48,984 nt of DNA from an uncultured Candidatus Saccharibacteria bacterium (GTDB taxonomy: Bacteria; Patescibacteriota; Minisyncoccia; Portnoybacterales; UBA2143), in contig CAZJBH010000001.1 of NCBI GenBank assembly GCA_964544485.1, forward strand, positions 1 to 48,984, written 5' to 3'. Each line of letters starts with the position of its first letter. The first letter of the stretch is position 1. Made by a program: the position numbers and the translations under genes. Positions 8,017 through 16,446 of the stretch are shown in pieces. Under the pieces are notes generated by a model. It was given only the letters and a program-made list of their open reading frames with translations. It did not search any database and had not been told where the DNA came from.

Positions 8017-10385
8017 TGATTTGTTTTTTTAAAAAATATCAAAAAAATATTTTCCAATTTAGCCTGATTTTTTTAATCAGTAGTTTAGGTATTTTTATTT
8101 TAGCGAATAATGTTCAAGCAGGGATTTTGGGCGAAATAGGAGACGGAGTCAAGAATGGCATTTTATATTTAATCGGTGAATTTTTAGGGATATGTATACA
8201 ATTTTTAGGGATTGTAGTTGCTTGGATTGTTGGTTTGTTAAAAGGAGTTATGGAATTTGGCAATCCACAAAATGCTAGCCTGGTAAAGGATGGCTGGACC
8301 ATAGTTAGAGATATGACAAATATGTTGTTTATCCTGATTTTATTGATTATTGCTTTTGCTACGATTTTGCGAAAAGAAAACTATGGCATGAAAGCGCTTT
8401 TGCCAAAATTAATCGGAATTGCTTTATTAATTAATTTTAGTTTAGTCATCGCTGGGGCAATAATAGATTTTGCTGATGCGATTACCCAAACTTTTTTATA
8501 TAAAGATGAAGCTACTGGAGAAGTAAAATTATTCCAAGAAGATTTACCTCGTGCTCTTATGATACCTGCTTATATTGATAATACTGGCAAGATAGATGAT
8601 CTTGATAAAAGAAAGGCAAGGTGGATGTGTCAAATAGAAGAAGATGGAATATATGAAATTGCCATGACGCAAGAAGCTTGTGAATCAATGTTGGATGGTA
8701 AATGCAGCGGTCATTGTTTTAAAACAATATTAGAAACCGAAGAAGCGCAAGTGCTTAATGAAGAAATGAGTGATCCGGATTATAATATGAACATGATTTT
8801 GGGGATGCTGCTTTCTATCCTATTTATGATCATTGCTATTTTTGTCTTAGCAGCTTTATTCTTTATGCTGATTTTCCGGGTTTTAACATTATGGTTTTTA
8901 TTAATTTTAATGCCAATCGCTTTGCTTTTATGGGTTTTGCCGGCAACTGCAAGCATGTTTAGTAGATGGATACATACTTTTTTCAGATGGACTTTTTTTG
9001 CTCCAATTGTTACTTTTTTTATCTGGTTAAGCGTAACTTCTTGGATCAAATTTTTAGAAGGTAGCGCAGGCGCTCCTGGAGGAGAAATTTCAGTAGGAAT
9101 GTCCGGAATAGCTAAACATAAAATGTTAGCTAAACAAGTAGTTCCGCAGGTTTTTTTGCCGGAGAATTTATTCCAATTTATTTTAGTTTGCGGCATGTTG
9201 ATTGGTTCATTGGTAGTTGCTCAGAAAATGTCTATCCATGGAGCTAGTGGAGCAATAAGCTTAGGTAAGAAATGGGGGGTTGGAGCAGCTAAAAAAACAG
9301 GCGGGGCTGTGGGCGGATATACAAAGAGAAAAGCGCAAAGAATGACAGCTAAACCAGCCGGAGTGGTTGGCCGTGGGTTTGACCGGGCAAGCGCTTGGAC
9401 GCGTAAATCTAAATTAGGAAAGTATAGCGGATTAAGCAAGGGTTTAGGCAAGTACGGCGCTGGATTAAGCAAACATTATGAAGGAGAAAGAAATAGGATT
9501 AATGAAGAAAAGAAAAAATATGAAAATATGTCTCCGGATCATTTGAAATCGCTTTACAAAACCGTAACTGATCGCAGGAGCAAAATAGCGATTGGCCAGG
9601 CTTTAGCTGAAAAAGGCAAGCTTAAAGCAGATGAGTCGCGTGGATTCACAGAAACAGATATTAAAAATCTTGCTAAATATTCCCAGACTTATGGCATGGA
9701 AAAGAATATTCTTAAGACGCGCCCTGAATTAGCGCTTGAAATGCCTAAACAAGATTTAGATAAAGTCATTTCTAGTTTAAAGCCGGAAGATATGAAAAAT
9801 TTAGATAATACTTCAATTAAAAATTCGTCACAGGTTCAAGAAAGTGTTTCAAAGCAATTTCAAGAAGGCGGAAACTTTACCAGCAAACATTTGTCTGAGT
9901 TGTATAATAATAATTATGAAGTTTATAATACAATTGAAAATGAAGTGCTTAATAATAATTATGAGTCTTTGCGTAATGATATCAAGCAATTTTTAGATAA
10001 GCAAAAAGAGTCAAGTAAAGAGGCTCCTGTTAGGACTAGAGGGTCAACCAAAGAAGCGATCAGAGATTATTTGCGTAGTGAGGCGCCTAAAGATGTTAAC
10101 GCGCTTAGCGAGATGATGGGTACACTTCAGCCTGAGGATGTAGCTGAATTATCGCAGGGATTTTCTAGCGGATATGCGCCTAATGAAGTGGCAGAATCAA
10201 TGGCTAAACAATTTGAAGAAGGCAAGGGGTGGAGAGCTGATCATTTAAACGCTTTAAAACAAAGCAATCCGGATCTTTATAGCAAGGTAGAAGACACTTT
10301 AAATCAGAATCGGGTTAACATTTCTAAAGATGTAAGAGATTATATGGCTAGCAATCCGGAAAGAGTTATCTTAGAAACTAAATAA
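8016..10385 (+). CDS. Polytopic membrane protein, VirB6/TrbL-like, with a long hydrophilic C-terminal extension
   Basis: Signal-like N-terminus (NNVQA-G), many hydrophobic spans between about aa 45 and 420, and a Gly/Lys-rich linker. The roughly 300-aa C-terminal region contains an internal duplication. The gene lies two genes upstream of PrgI-like/VirB4, in the same operon. Confidence 0.45.
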   Translation: MICFFKKYQKNIFQFSLIFLISSLGIFILANNVQAGILGEIGDGVKNGILYLIGEFLGICIQFLGIVVAWIVGLLKGVMEFGNPQNASLVKDGWTIVRDMTNMLFILILLIIAFATILRKENYGMKALLPKLIGIALLINFSLVIAGAIIDFADAITQTFLYKDEATGEVKLFQEDLPRALMIPAYIDNTGKIDDLDKRKARWMCQIEEDGIYEIAMTQEACESMLDGKCSGHCFKTILETEEAQVLNEEMSDPDYNMNMILGMLLSILFMIIAIFVLAALFFMLIFRVLTLWFLLILMPIALLLWVLPATASMFSRWIHTFFRWTFFAPIVTFFIWLSVTSWIKFLEGSAGAPGGEISVGMSGIAKHKMLAKQVVPQVFLPENLFQFILVCGMLIGSLVVAQKMSIHGASGAISLGKKWGVGAAKKTGGAVGGYTKRKAQRMTAKPAGVVGRGFDRASAWTRKSKLGKYSGLSKGLGKYGAGLSKHYEGERNRINEEKKKYENMSPDHLKSLYKTVTDRRSKIAIGQALAEKGKLKADESRGFTETDIKNLAKYSQTYGMEKNILKTRPELALEMPKQDLDKVISSLKPEDMKNLDNTSIKNSSQVQESVSKQFQEGGNFTSKHLSELYNNNYEVYNTIENEVLNNNYESLRNDIKQFLDKQKESSKEAPVRTRGSTKEAIRDYLRSEAPKDVNALSEMMGTLQPEDVAELSQGFSSGYAPNEVAESMAKQFEEGKGWRADHLNALKQSNPDLYSKVEDTLNQNRVNISKDVRDYMASNPERVILETK

Positions 10386-10391
10386 TAAATT

Positions 10392-10841
10392 ATGAGCCAA
10401 GCAATACTTAAAAATATTTCTAATCCAAGAGTAAGAGAGAAATATCAGAAATATTTTCAACTTCCAAAATCTATTAGAAGTCAGTTTTTTAATTCTCAAA
10501 CAGCTGCAAAAATTCGCCAAGCAGGAAAAAAGAACAATTTAAACTTGTCTCAAATTTCAGAAGCAGCTTATTTAACCGGAGGGATTTTATTAGGTGAGTT
10601 TAGAATAACTGAATTTGTTGAAAGATTAATGCAAGATTGCCAATTAAATCAGCAAGAAGCCCGCCAATTAGCGCGCGATATCAATCAAGTTATTTTTTTG
10701 CCAGTTAAAGATGATCTCAAAAGATTGCATCAAATTAATTATTGGCCGAGAGAAAATGAAGTTTCTGCTTCTATTCAAAAAGAAGAATATAAATTTCCGC
10801 GATTAAATGGGAATTTAGTTAATTTAAGAAAAAAAGAATAA
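10392..10841 (+). CDS. Soluble hypothetical protein (T4SS-like operon)
   Basis: 149-aa ORF in tight operon spacing. No motif recognised. Confidence 0.45.
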   Translation: MSQAILKNISNPRVREKYQKYFQLPKSIRSQFFNSQTAAKIRQAGKKNNLNLSQISEAAYLTGGILLGEFRITEFVERLMQDCQLNQQEARQLARDINQVIFLPVKDDLKRLHQINYWPRENEVSASIQKEEYKFPRLNGNLVNLRKKE

Positions 10842-10856
10842 TTTTAAAAATTTAAA

Positions 10857-11138
10857 ATGCAGGCTAAAGTACCACAATTTATTGATATCAAAGATAAGAT
10901 TGTTGGACCGCTTACTTTAAAGCAGTTTCTTTATTTTTTAGCCGGCGGAATTTTCTTATTCGTTCTTTGGTTTGTTTTAAAATTAGCCGCTTTTATTCTG
11001 GTTGCTATTCCGATTATTGTTATTTGCCTGGCTTTGGCTTTTTACCATCCGCAAGGGCAGCCATTGATAACTACGATTAAAAATATGTTTTATTTTTTCA
11101 TTCGGCCAAAATTATATACTTGGAAAAAAGATAAATAA
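10857..11138 (+). CDS. PrgI-family / VirB3-like small membrane protein
   Basis: 93 aa. N-terminus VPQFIDIKDKIVGPLTLKQFLYFLAGG is followed by two TM helices, which is the PrgI (Gram-positive VirB3 analogue) pattern. It sits upstream of VirB4. Confidence 0.6.
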   Translation: MQAKVPQFIDIKDKIVGPLTLKQFLYFLAGGIFLFVLWFVLKLAAFILVAIPIIVICLALAFYHPQGQPLITTIKNMFYFFIRPKLYTWKKDK

Positions 11139-11143
11139 ATATT

Positions 11144-11815
11144 ATGGCAAAAAAGATTAATTCAGCTTCAATACAAAAGCATTTGCCGCTTAAAGAAATT
11201 AAAGATGGAGTAGTTGTGCTAAAGAATAATTCATTGCGGGCGATTTTAATGGCGAGCAGTTTTAACTTTGCTTTAAAATCAAAAGAAGAACAAGACGCGA
11301 TTATTTATCGGTATCAGGATTTTTTAAATTCAATTGACTTTCCTCTTCAGCTGCTAGTTGGTTCAAGAAAATTTGATATTAGCAATTATTTGGATGTATT
11401 AAGGCAGAAACAAATGCAGCAAGAGAATGATTTACTTAAGATTCAGACAACCGAATATATTGAATTTGTTAAAAGCTTGACTGAAGTAACAAATATTATG
11501 ACTGAATCTTTTTATATTGTCATCCCTTATAGCGGAGGGGTTCAACAAAAAAAGGGTATTTTAAGCAATTTATTTAGCAGTTTTTCAGGAAACTCAAATA
11601 ATAAGGAAGATGAGACAAAAGAAATGAATTTTGCTAAAAGAAAGAATAATCTTTGGCAAAGAGTAGATTTTGTTTCTACTGGATTGCAGGCATTAGGGGT
11701 AAAAACCGCTCCTTTGAATAGCGAAGAATTAATCGAACTATTTTACAAGCTTTATAATCCAAGCGCTAAAGAGGAGCTGGAATTAAAAAAAGCTAAAACA
11801 TTAAGAAATCAATAA
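11144..11815 (+). CDS. Hypothetical protein, possibly a detached VirB4 N-terminal-like domain
   Basis: LPLKEIKDGVVVLKNNSLRAILMASSFNFALKS...DFPLQLLVGSRKFD parallels the pattern at the N-terminus of the next ORF (LKVNTKHVQLGEKYLRTLFVFDFP...MNVSIFVHPIE). Confidence 0.35.
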   Translation: MAKKINSASIQKHLPLKEIKDGVVVLKNNSLRAILMASSFNFALKSKEEQDAIIYRYQDFLNSIDFPLQLLVGSRKFDISNYLDVLRQKQMQQENDLLKIQTTEYIEFVKSLTEVTNIMTESFYIVIPYSGGVQQKKGILSNLFSSFSGNSNNKEDETKEMNFAKRKNNLWQRVDFVSTGLQALGVKTAPLNSEELIELFYKLYNPSAKEELELKKAKTLRNQ

Positions 11816-11820
11816 AGATT

Positions 11821-13656
11821 ATGGGTTTATTTGGCAAATCTAAAAAAGAATCGAAAAAAGAAAAGCAGCCGGAAGAAAATTTAATGAATTTAATTGCTCC
11901 GGCTGGGTTAAAGGTTAATACCAAGCATGTCCAATTAGGAGAAAAATATCTTCGGACTTTGTTTGTTTTTGATTTTCCTAATAATTTAGTGACTGGATGG
12001 CTGGGTCCGATTATTACTCTTGATCAAGAGATGAATGTTTCTATTTTTGTTCATCCAATAGAAACTAAAGATATATTAAAAAAGCTGCGCAAGCGAACTG
12101 CTCAGGTGCAATCGCAAATATCAATGGAAATGGAAAAAGGAAAAGTTCGCGAGCCAAAGCTGGAAGCAGCTTTAGAAAGCATAGAAGACGCGCGGGATAA
12201 GCTTCAGACCGGAGAAGAGCGTTTATTTAAATTTGGCCTTTATATCACTCTTTTTGGCGATAATACAAAAGATTTAGATAATGCGGAAAACAAAGTAAGG
12301 GCGCTTTTGGAAACTCAGATGGTTTATGCTAAGCCGGCAGTTTTTCAGCAAGAACAGGGTTTTGATTCTACGCTTCCTTTGAATTTGGATAAACTAGCAA
12401 TTCATAATACTTTTAATACTCCTTCTTTAGCTTCAGCTTTTCCTTTTGTCTCTTCTGATCTAACTGACAACAAAGGAATTCTTTACGGGATTAATAAGCA
12501 TAATAGCTCTTTGATTTTATTTGATCGGTTTGATATGGAAAACGCAAATATGGTTATTTTCGCTAAATCAGGAGCTGGTAAAAGCTATTTTACTAAATTG
12601 GAAATTCTTCGTTCTTTGATGCAGGACACAGAAGTAATCATTATTGATCCGGAAAACGAATATCAATATTTAGCAGAAACAGTAGATGGAACTTTTATTG
12701 ATATTTCTTTGACTTCAAATAATCATATTAATCCTTTTGATTTGCCTAAGCCGGGCAAGAATGAGAATAAAGGCGATGTGCTTAAGGGAAATATTATTAA
12801 TCTGGTCGGGTTGATTAGAATGATGCTAGGCGGGTTAAGTCCGGAAGAAGATGCTTTGATTGACCGCGCTTTAACAGAAACTTATGCTTCGCGGGATATT
12901 ACAGCTGATTCTGATTTTGGAAATGCTGAGCCTCCTTTAATGCAGGATTTGCAGTCAATCCTTAAAGGAATGACCGGAGGAGAGAATTTAGTCACTCGTT
13001 TGGAAAAATATGTTACCGGAACTTATGCTAGTTTTTTTAATCAGCCAACGAATGTGGTTTTAGGCAAAAAATTAGTCATTTTTAGTATTCGGGATATGGA
13101 AGATGAATTGCGTCCTTTGGCAATGTATATCATTTTAAGATATATTTGGAATATTATTCGTTCTGAAACTAAAAGGCGCTTGATGATTGTGGATGAAGCT
13201 TGGTGGATGATGCAGCATGAAGACGCAGCTTCATTTATGTTTGGGATTGCTAAGCGTTGCCGTAAATATTATTTGGGATTAACAACAATTACTCAGGATG
13301 TAACTGATTTTATGCGTTCTAAGTACGGAGGCCCGATTGTAACTAATTCTTCTTTGCAGCTTTTATTCAAACAATCACCGGCAGCAATTGATATTGTTCA
13401 GAAAACCTTTAATCTAACCGAAAGAGAGAAATATATGCTCTTGCAATGCGCAGTTGGAGAAGGAATTATTTTTGCCGGCAACAAGCATGTTGCTATTCAG
13501 GTAGTTGCTTCATATACAGAAGATCAGGTAATCACTTCTGATCCGGCTCAATTAATGGAAATTGAAAAAGCTAAACAGGAATTAGCTGATCAGGAAAATG
13601 AAAGCTCTGAACAAGATAAAAAAGAAGCAGGTAATCAAGAAGAAAATATTTATTAA
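11821..13656 (+). CDS. virB4: VirB4/TrsE/PrgJ-family type IV secretion ATPase
   Basis: Walker A FAKSGAGKSY, Walker B LMIVDEAWWM, LTTITQDVTDF, and a VirB4-style N-terminal domain (YLRTLFVFDFPNNLVTGWL). Confidence 0.8.
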   Translation: MGLFGKSKKESKKEKQPEENLMNLIAPAGLKVNTKHVQLGEKYLRTLFVFDFPNNLVTGWLGPIITLDQEMNVSIFVHPIETKDILKKLRKRTAQVQSQISMEMEKGKVREPKLEAALESIEDARDKLQTGEERLFKFGLYITLFGDNTKDLDNAENKVRALLETQMVYAKPAVFQQEQGFDSTLPLNLDKLAIHNTFNTPSLASAFPFVSSDLTDNKGILYGINKHNSSLILFDRFDMENANMVIFAKSGAGKSYFTKLEILRSLMQDTEVIIIDPENEYQYLAETVDGTFIDISLTSNNHINPFDLPKPGKNENKGDVLKGNIINLVGLIRMMLGGLSPEEDALIDRALTETYASRDITADSDFGNAEPPLMQDLQSILKGMTGGENLVTRLEKYVTGTYASFFNQPTNVVLGKKLVIFSIRDMEDELRPLAMYIILRYIWNIIRSETKRRLMIVDEAWWMMQHEDAASFMFGIAKRCRKYYLGLTTITQDVTDFMRSKYGGPIVTNSSLQLLFKQSPAAIDIVQKTFNLTEREKYMLLQCAVGEGIIFAGNKHVAIQVVASYTEDQVITSDPAQLMEIEKAKQELADQENESSEQDKKEAGNQEENIY

Positions 13657-13658
13657 TT

Positions 13659-14138
13659 ATGAATCAAGAAGAAGAAAATCGTTTGATCAAATTGAATTTG
13701 CTTAGAAATGTGATCAGAAGAAAGCGTATTCCCAGAGAAGTTTTAGAAAAGATGAAAAAGGCTATTCAAATAAAAGAATCATCTCTTTGGCCGTTTGCCT
13801 TTATGGTTGGAATATTCAATGATCTGGTTGATTTAACAATAATCGGGACTATTCCAATCTTGGGGGATACCCTAGATTTAGCTACTAGCGCTATCTTGGT
13901 CCCTTTTATGTTTAGCCTTGGCGGCAAAATTAGAATTAAATTAACTCTTTTAGGGCTTGTTATAAGCGGGTTGGAATTTGTTCCTTTCCCATTAACAGAA
14001 ATGCTTAGCTTATGGACAGTTGCCCTTATATACGGGTATTACAAGGCGCAACAACGAGCTGAATTAGCTCAAAGAGGATTAGAAAAATATCAGCAAGGTA
14101 AAATTGATCGAGAAGCTTTAGCGGAATTTAATCAATAA
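13659..14138 (+). CDS. Small membrane protein (DUF4112-like IPxxGDxxD motif)
   Basis: Three or four hydrophobic spans. GTIPILGDTLDLATS motif. Confidence 0.4.
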   Translation: MNQEEENRLIKLNLLRNVIRRKRIPREVLEKMKKAIQIKESSLWPFAFMVGIFNDLVDLTIIGTIPILGDTLDLATSAILVPFMFSLGGKIRIKLTLLGLVISGLEFVPFPLTEMLSLWTVALIYGYYKAQQRAELAQRGLEKYQQGKIDREALAEFNQ

Positions 14139-14159
14139 TAAAAAATATATTTAATCTTT

Positions 14160-15284
14160 ATGCAGATAAATATTGCTTCTCTTAAAAAAACATTAATTAT
14201 TTTATCAGCCGGACTTTTATTAGTTTTAACTCTTTTTGCGGGCTACAACTTTATTTTCAATCGCGCAGAAAAGAATGAAAATGGGAATGAAGAGCCTTTG
14301 ATAACTTCTCCGCGTCCGGAAATAAAAGCAATTTCTGAAAGATTTCCTTTAGGTGTAATTATTGACGGGAGCAAAGTTAAATACTATAGCCAGAGTGATG
14401 GCCGGGTTTATCAATCTGACTTAAATGGCAGTAATTTAAACAGGATTTCAGAAACCGTGATTGCTGGATTGGTTGAGGTTCTTTGGTCTGCGGACAAAGA
14501 TGAAGTAATCACTATTTTTAAAGAAGATGGTATTTTTGAAAAATATTATTATAATTACAAAACTAATCAAGCAAAAAAATTAGACTATAATTTGCGCTGG
14601 ATAGACTGGGCTCCGCAAGCTGATAAAATCGCTTATCATTATTACAATCCGCATAATCAAGCGAATAATATTTCAATTGCTGATCCAGATGGATCTAATT
14701 GGGAGAATATACTTGATTTAAGAATGAATGATTTAATTGTTGAATGGATAAGCGATCAAATGCTTGGAATTAGAAATAAGCCTAGTAGCGCAAAAATGAG
14801 CGCTGTTTATACGCTTAATATTAGGAATAAGGAATTTACAAAAGTGATTAATAGTTCTTACGGGCTTTCTGCCTTATGGTCTCCTAAAGGAGATAAATTA
14901 ATTTTTTCAGAAACTGATAGCCAGGGGCAAAAAGCGCGTTTGAAATTTGCTGATTTAGGAGATGGTTCTATTCAGCAGCTTAATTTTTTTACTTTGCCTG
15001 AAAAATGCGTTTGGAGCCAAGATAACCGGACTTTATTCTGTGCAGTGCCAAAGATAATTCCGGAAACAGCTAAATTACCTGATGATTATGAGAATAATCA
15101 GGTAACTTTTAAAGATAATTTTTGGAAAATTAATTTAGATACTCAGGAAGTAACTGAAATTTATCAGATTCAGGAAGAAGATATTCAATTTTACGACGCT
15201 GAATCTTTGTATTTGCCGATAATGGAAGATTATTTGCTTTTTGTTAATAAAAAAGACGGTTTGCTTTATAGCCTAGACCTATAA
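14160..15284 (+). CDS. Membrane-anchored TolB-like (PD40/WD40-like) beta-propeller protein
   Basis: N-terminal TM. Repeated 'W(S/A)P.(G/A)DK(I/L)' blades (WSADKDEV, WAPQADKIAY, WSPKGDKLIF, WSQDNRTLF). Confidence 0.55.
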   Translation: MQINIASLKKTLIILSAGLLLVLTLFAGYNFIFNRAEKNENGNEEPLITSPRPEIKAISERFPLGVIIDGSKVKYYSQSDGRVYQSDLNGSNLNRISETVIAGLVEVLWSADKDEVITIFKEDGIFEKYYYNYKTNQAKKLDYNLRWIDWAPQADKIAYHYYNPHNQANNISIADPDGSNWENILDLRMNDLIVEWISDQMLGIRNKPSSAKMSAVYTLNIRNKEFTKVINSSYGLSALWSPKGDKLIFSETDSQGQKARLKFADLGDGSIQQLNFFTLPEKCVWSQDNRTLFCAVPKIIPETAKLPDDYENNQVTFKDNFWKINLDTQEVTEIYQIQEEDIQFYDAESLYLPIMEDYLLFVNKKDGLLYSLDL

Positions 15285-16446
15285 TCAGCCAGAAAAGAAT
15301 TGCTAAATCAGCTTTCCAAAAAGGAGTGTCTAGCAGTCCATGAATTAAAATTACTAGCATAGTCGCAAAAATTATTAAACTCGGTTTTTTATTAAAACCC
15401 GGTTTTTTTTGTCTAAAAAAGCTTATTATCAGCCAAATAAAGCCGACTAATCCGATTAATCCGCTTTGCAGCCAGAAAGCTAGCCAGAGATTATGCGGCT
15501 GGGGAACTGCCCATTCTGGATAAGGCGGGAAATATTTTTGATAATTTAAATAATATTCTTGGAATAATCCTGGGCCGATACCAAGAAAAGAATAATCTTT
15601 AGTTATTTCCCAGGCTGATTTCCAAATAACTAGGCGAGATTCAAGGGAAGGATAAGAAAAATCAAGTATTTTTTGGAATTTATCGGTTGGCATTTGAGCT
15701 CCTAAGCCAAAGATAAGCAAAGCCAGAATAAAGAAAATAAATTTTCTATTAATATTAAAAATTAACAAAAAGAAAGTTGTTCCTAATAAAGCCAGCCAAG
15801 CGCTATAGGATTGAGTTAAATAAATGATAAATATTATTAAAAAATAGCTAACAATTAAGATTAAGCGATTAATTTTTTTATTAGTTTTTATAAACAAATA
15901 AAATGAAAGGATTAACAAGGGAGCTAAATACATAGCTAAGTAATTCGGTGAAAGATAAAAAGCAGCTAGCCGATTATCATAGGTTAAATAATTGTTAAGC
16001 CAGTAAAATAAGGCGATTAAGCTAGTTATAATTCCGGAAATCCACAAGCAGATAAAAATTAATTTGAATTGTTTTTTAGTTTTAATCTGATTAAGAAAGA
16101 TTAAAAGAAAGATTAGCGGAGCAATAAACCAGGCTTTTAAAATTCCGGCGCCAGTTTTAATCTGAATTGAGAATAAAAGGCTGATTAAAACTCCGAGCAG
16201 GATTAATAAGCTTGGCAGCCAGAGTTTTTGATATTTTTTTAAAACAGAATGTAATTCAGAAATAAGATTTTTTGATATAAGATTTTTAATTAACCAAAGA
16301 ATTAAAAGAAAATAAATTAACGCTTCAATTAAATTAAAAGGAATCCAACTGATTTTAAAATGAAATAAAGCTAAAGGAATGCAAAAACAAACAAGATAAA
16401 TACCAAAATTTATTCCTAAATCAATTTTTTTAATTATTGTTTTCAT
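15244..16446 (-). CDS. O-antigen-ligase/Wzy_C-family polytopic membrane protein
   Basis: At least 10 TM spans. Wzy_C-like motif PQPHNLWLAFWLQSGLIGL. Confidence 0.65.
   Translation of the reverse strand: MKTIIKKIDLGINFGIYLVCFCIPLALFHFKISWIPFNLIEALIYFLLILWLIKNLISKNLISELHSVLKKYQKLWLPSLLILLGVLISLLFSIQIKTGAGILKAWFIAPLIFLLIFLNQIKTKKQFKLIFICLWISGIITSLIALFYWLNNYLTYDNRLAAFYLSPNYLAMYLAPLLILSFYLFIKTNKKINRLILIVSYFLIIFIIYLTQSYSAWLALLGTTFFLLIFNINRKFIFFILALLIFGLGAQMPTDKFQKILDFSYPSLESRLVIWKSAWEITKDYSFLGIGPGLFQEYYLNYQKYFPPYPEWAVPQPHNLWLAFWLQSGLIGLVGFIWLIISFFRQKKPGFNKKPSLIIFATMLVILIHGLLDTPFWKADLAILFWLIIGLGYKANRLFY

Noticed and set aside
8780-9472. Two minus-strand ORFs (138 aa and 83 aa) inside the VirB6-like gene
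   Set aside because: They are antisense shadows within a long, well-supported plus-strand ORF. Their composition is low-complexity and shows no motifs.
5129-15284. Calling the T4SS-like cluster a mobile element (ICE or plasmid remnant)
   Set aside because: I see no integrase, relaxase, transposase, tRNA attachment site or flanking direct repeats. Composition matches the surrounding core genes.
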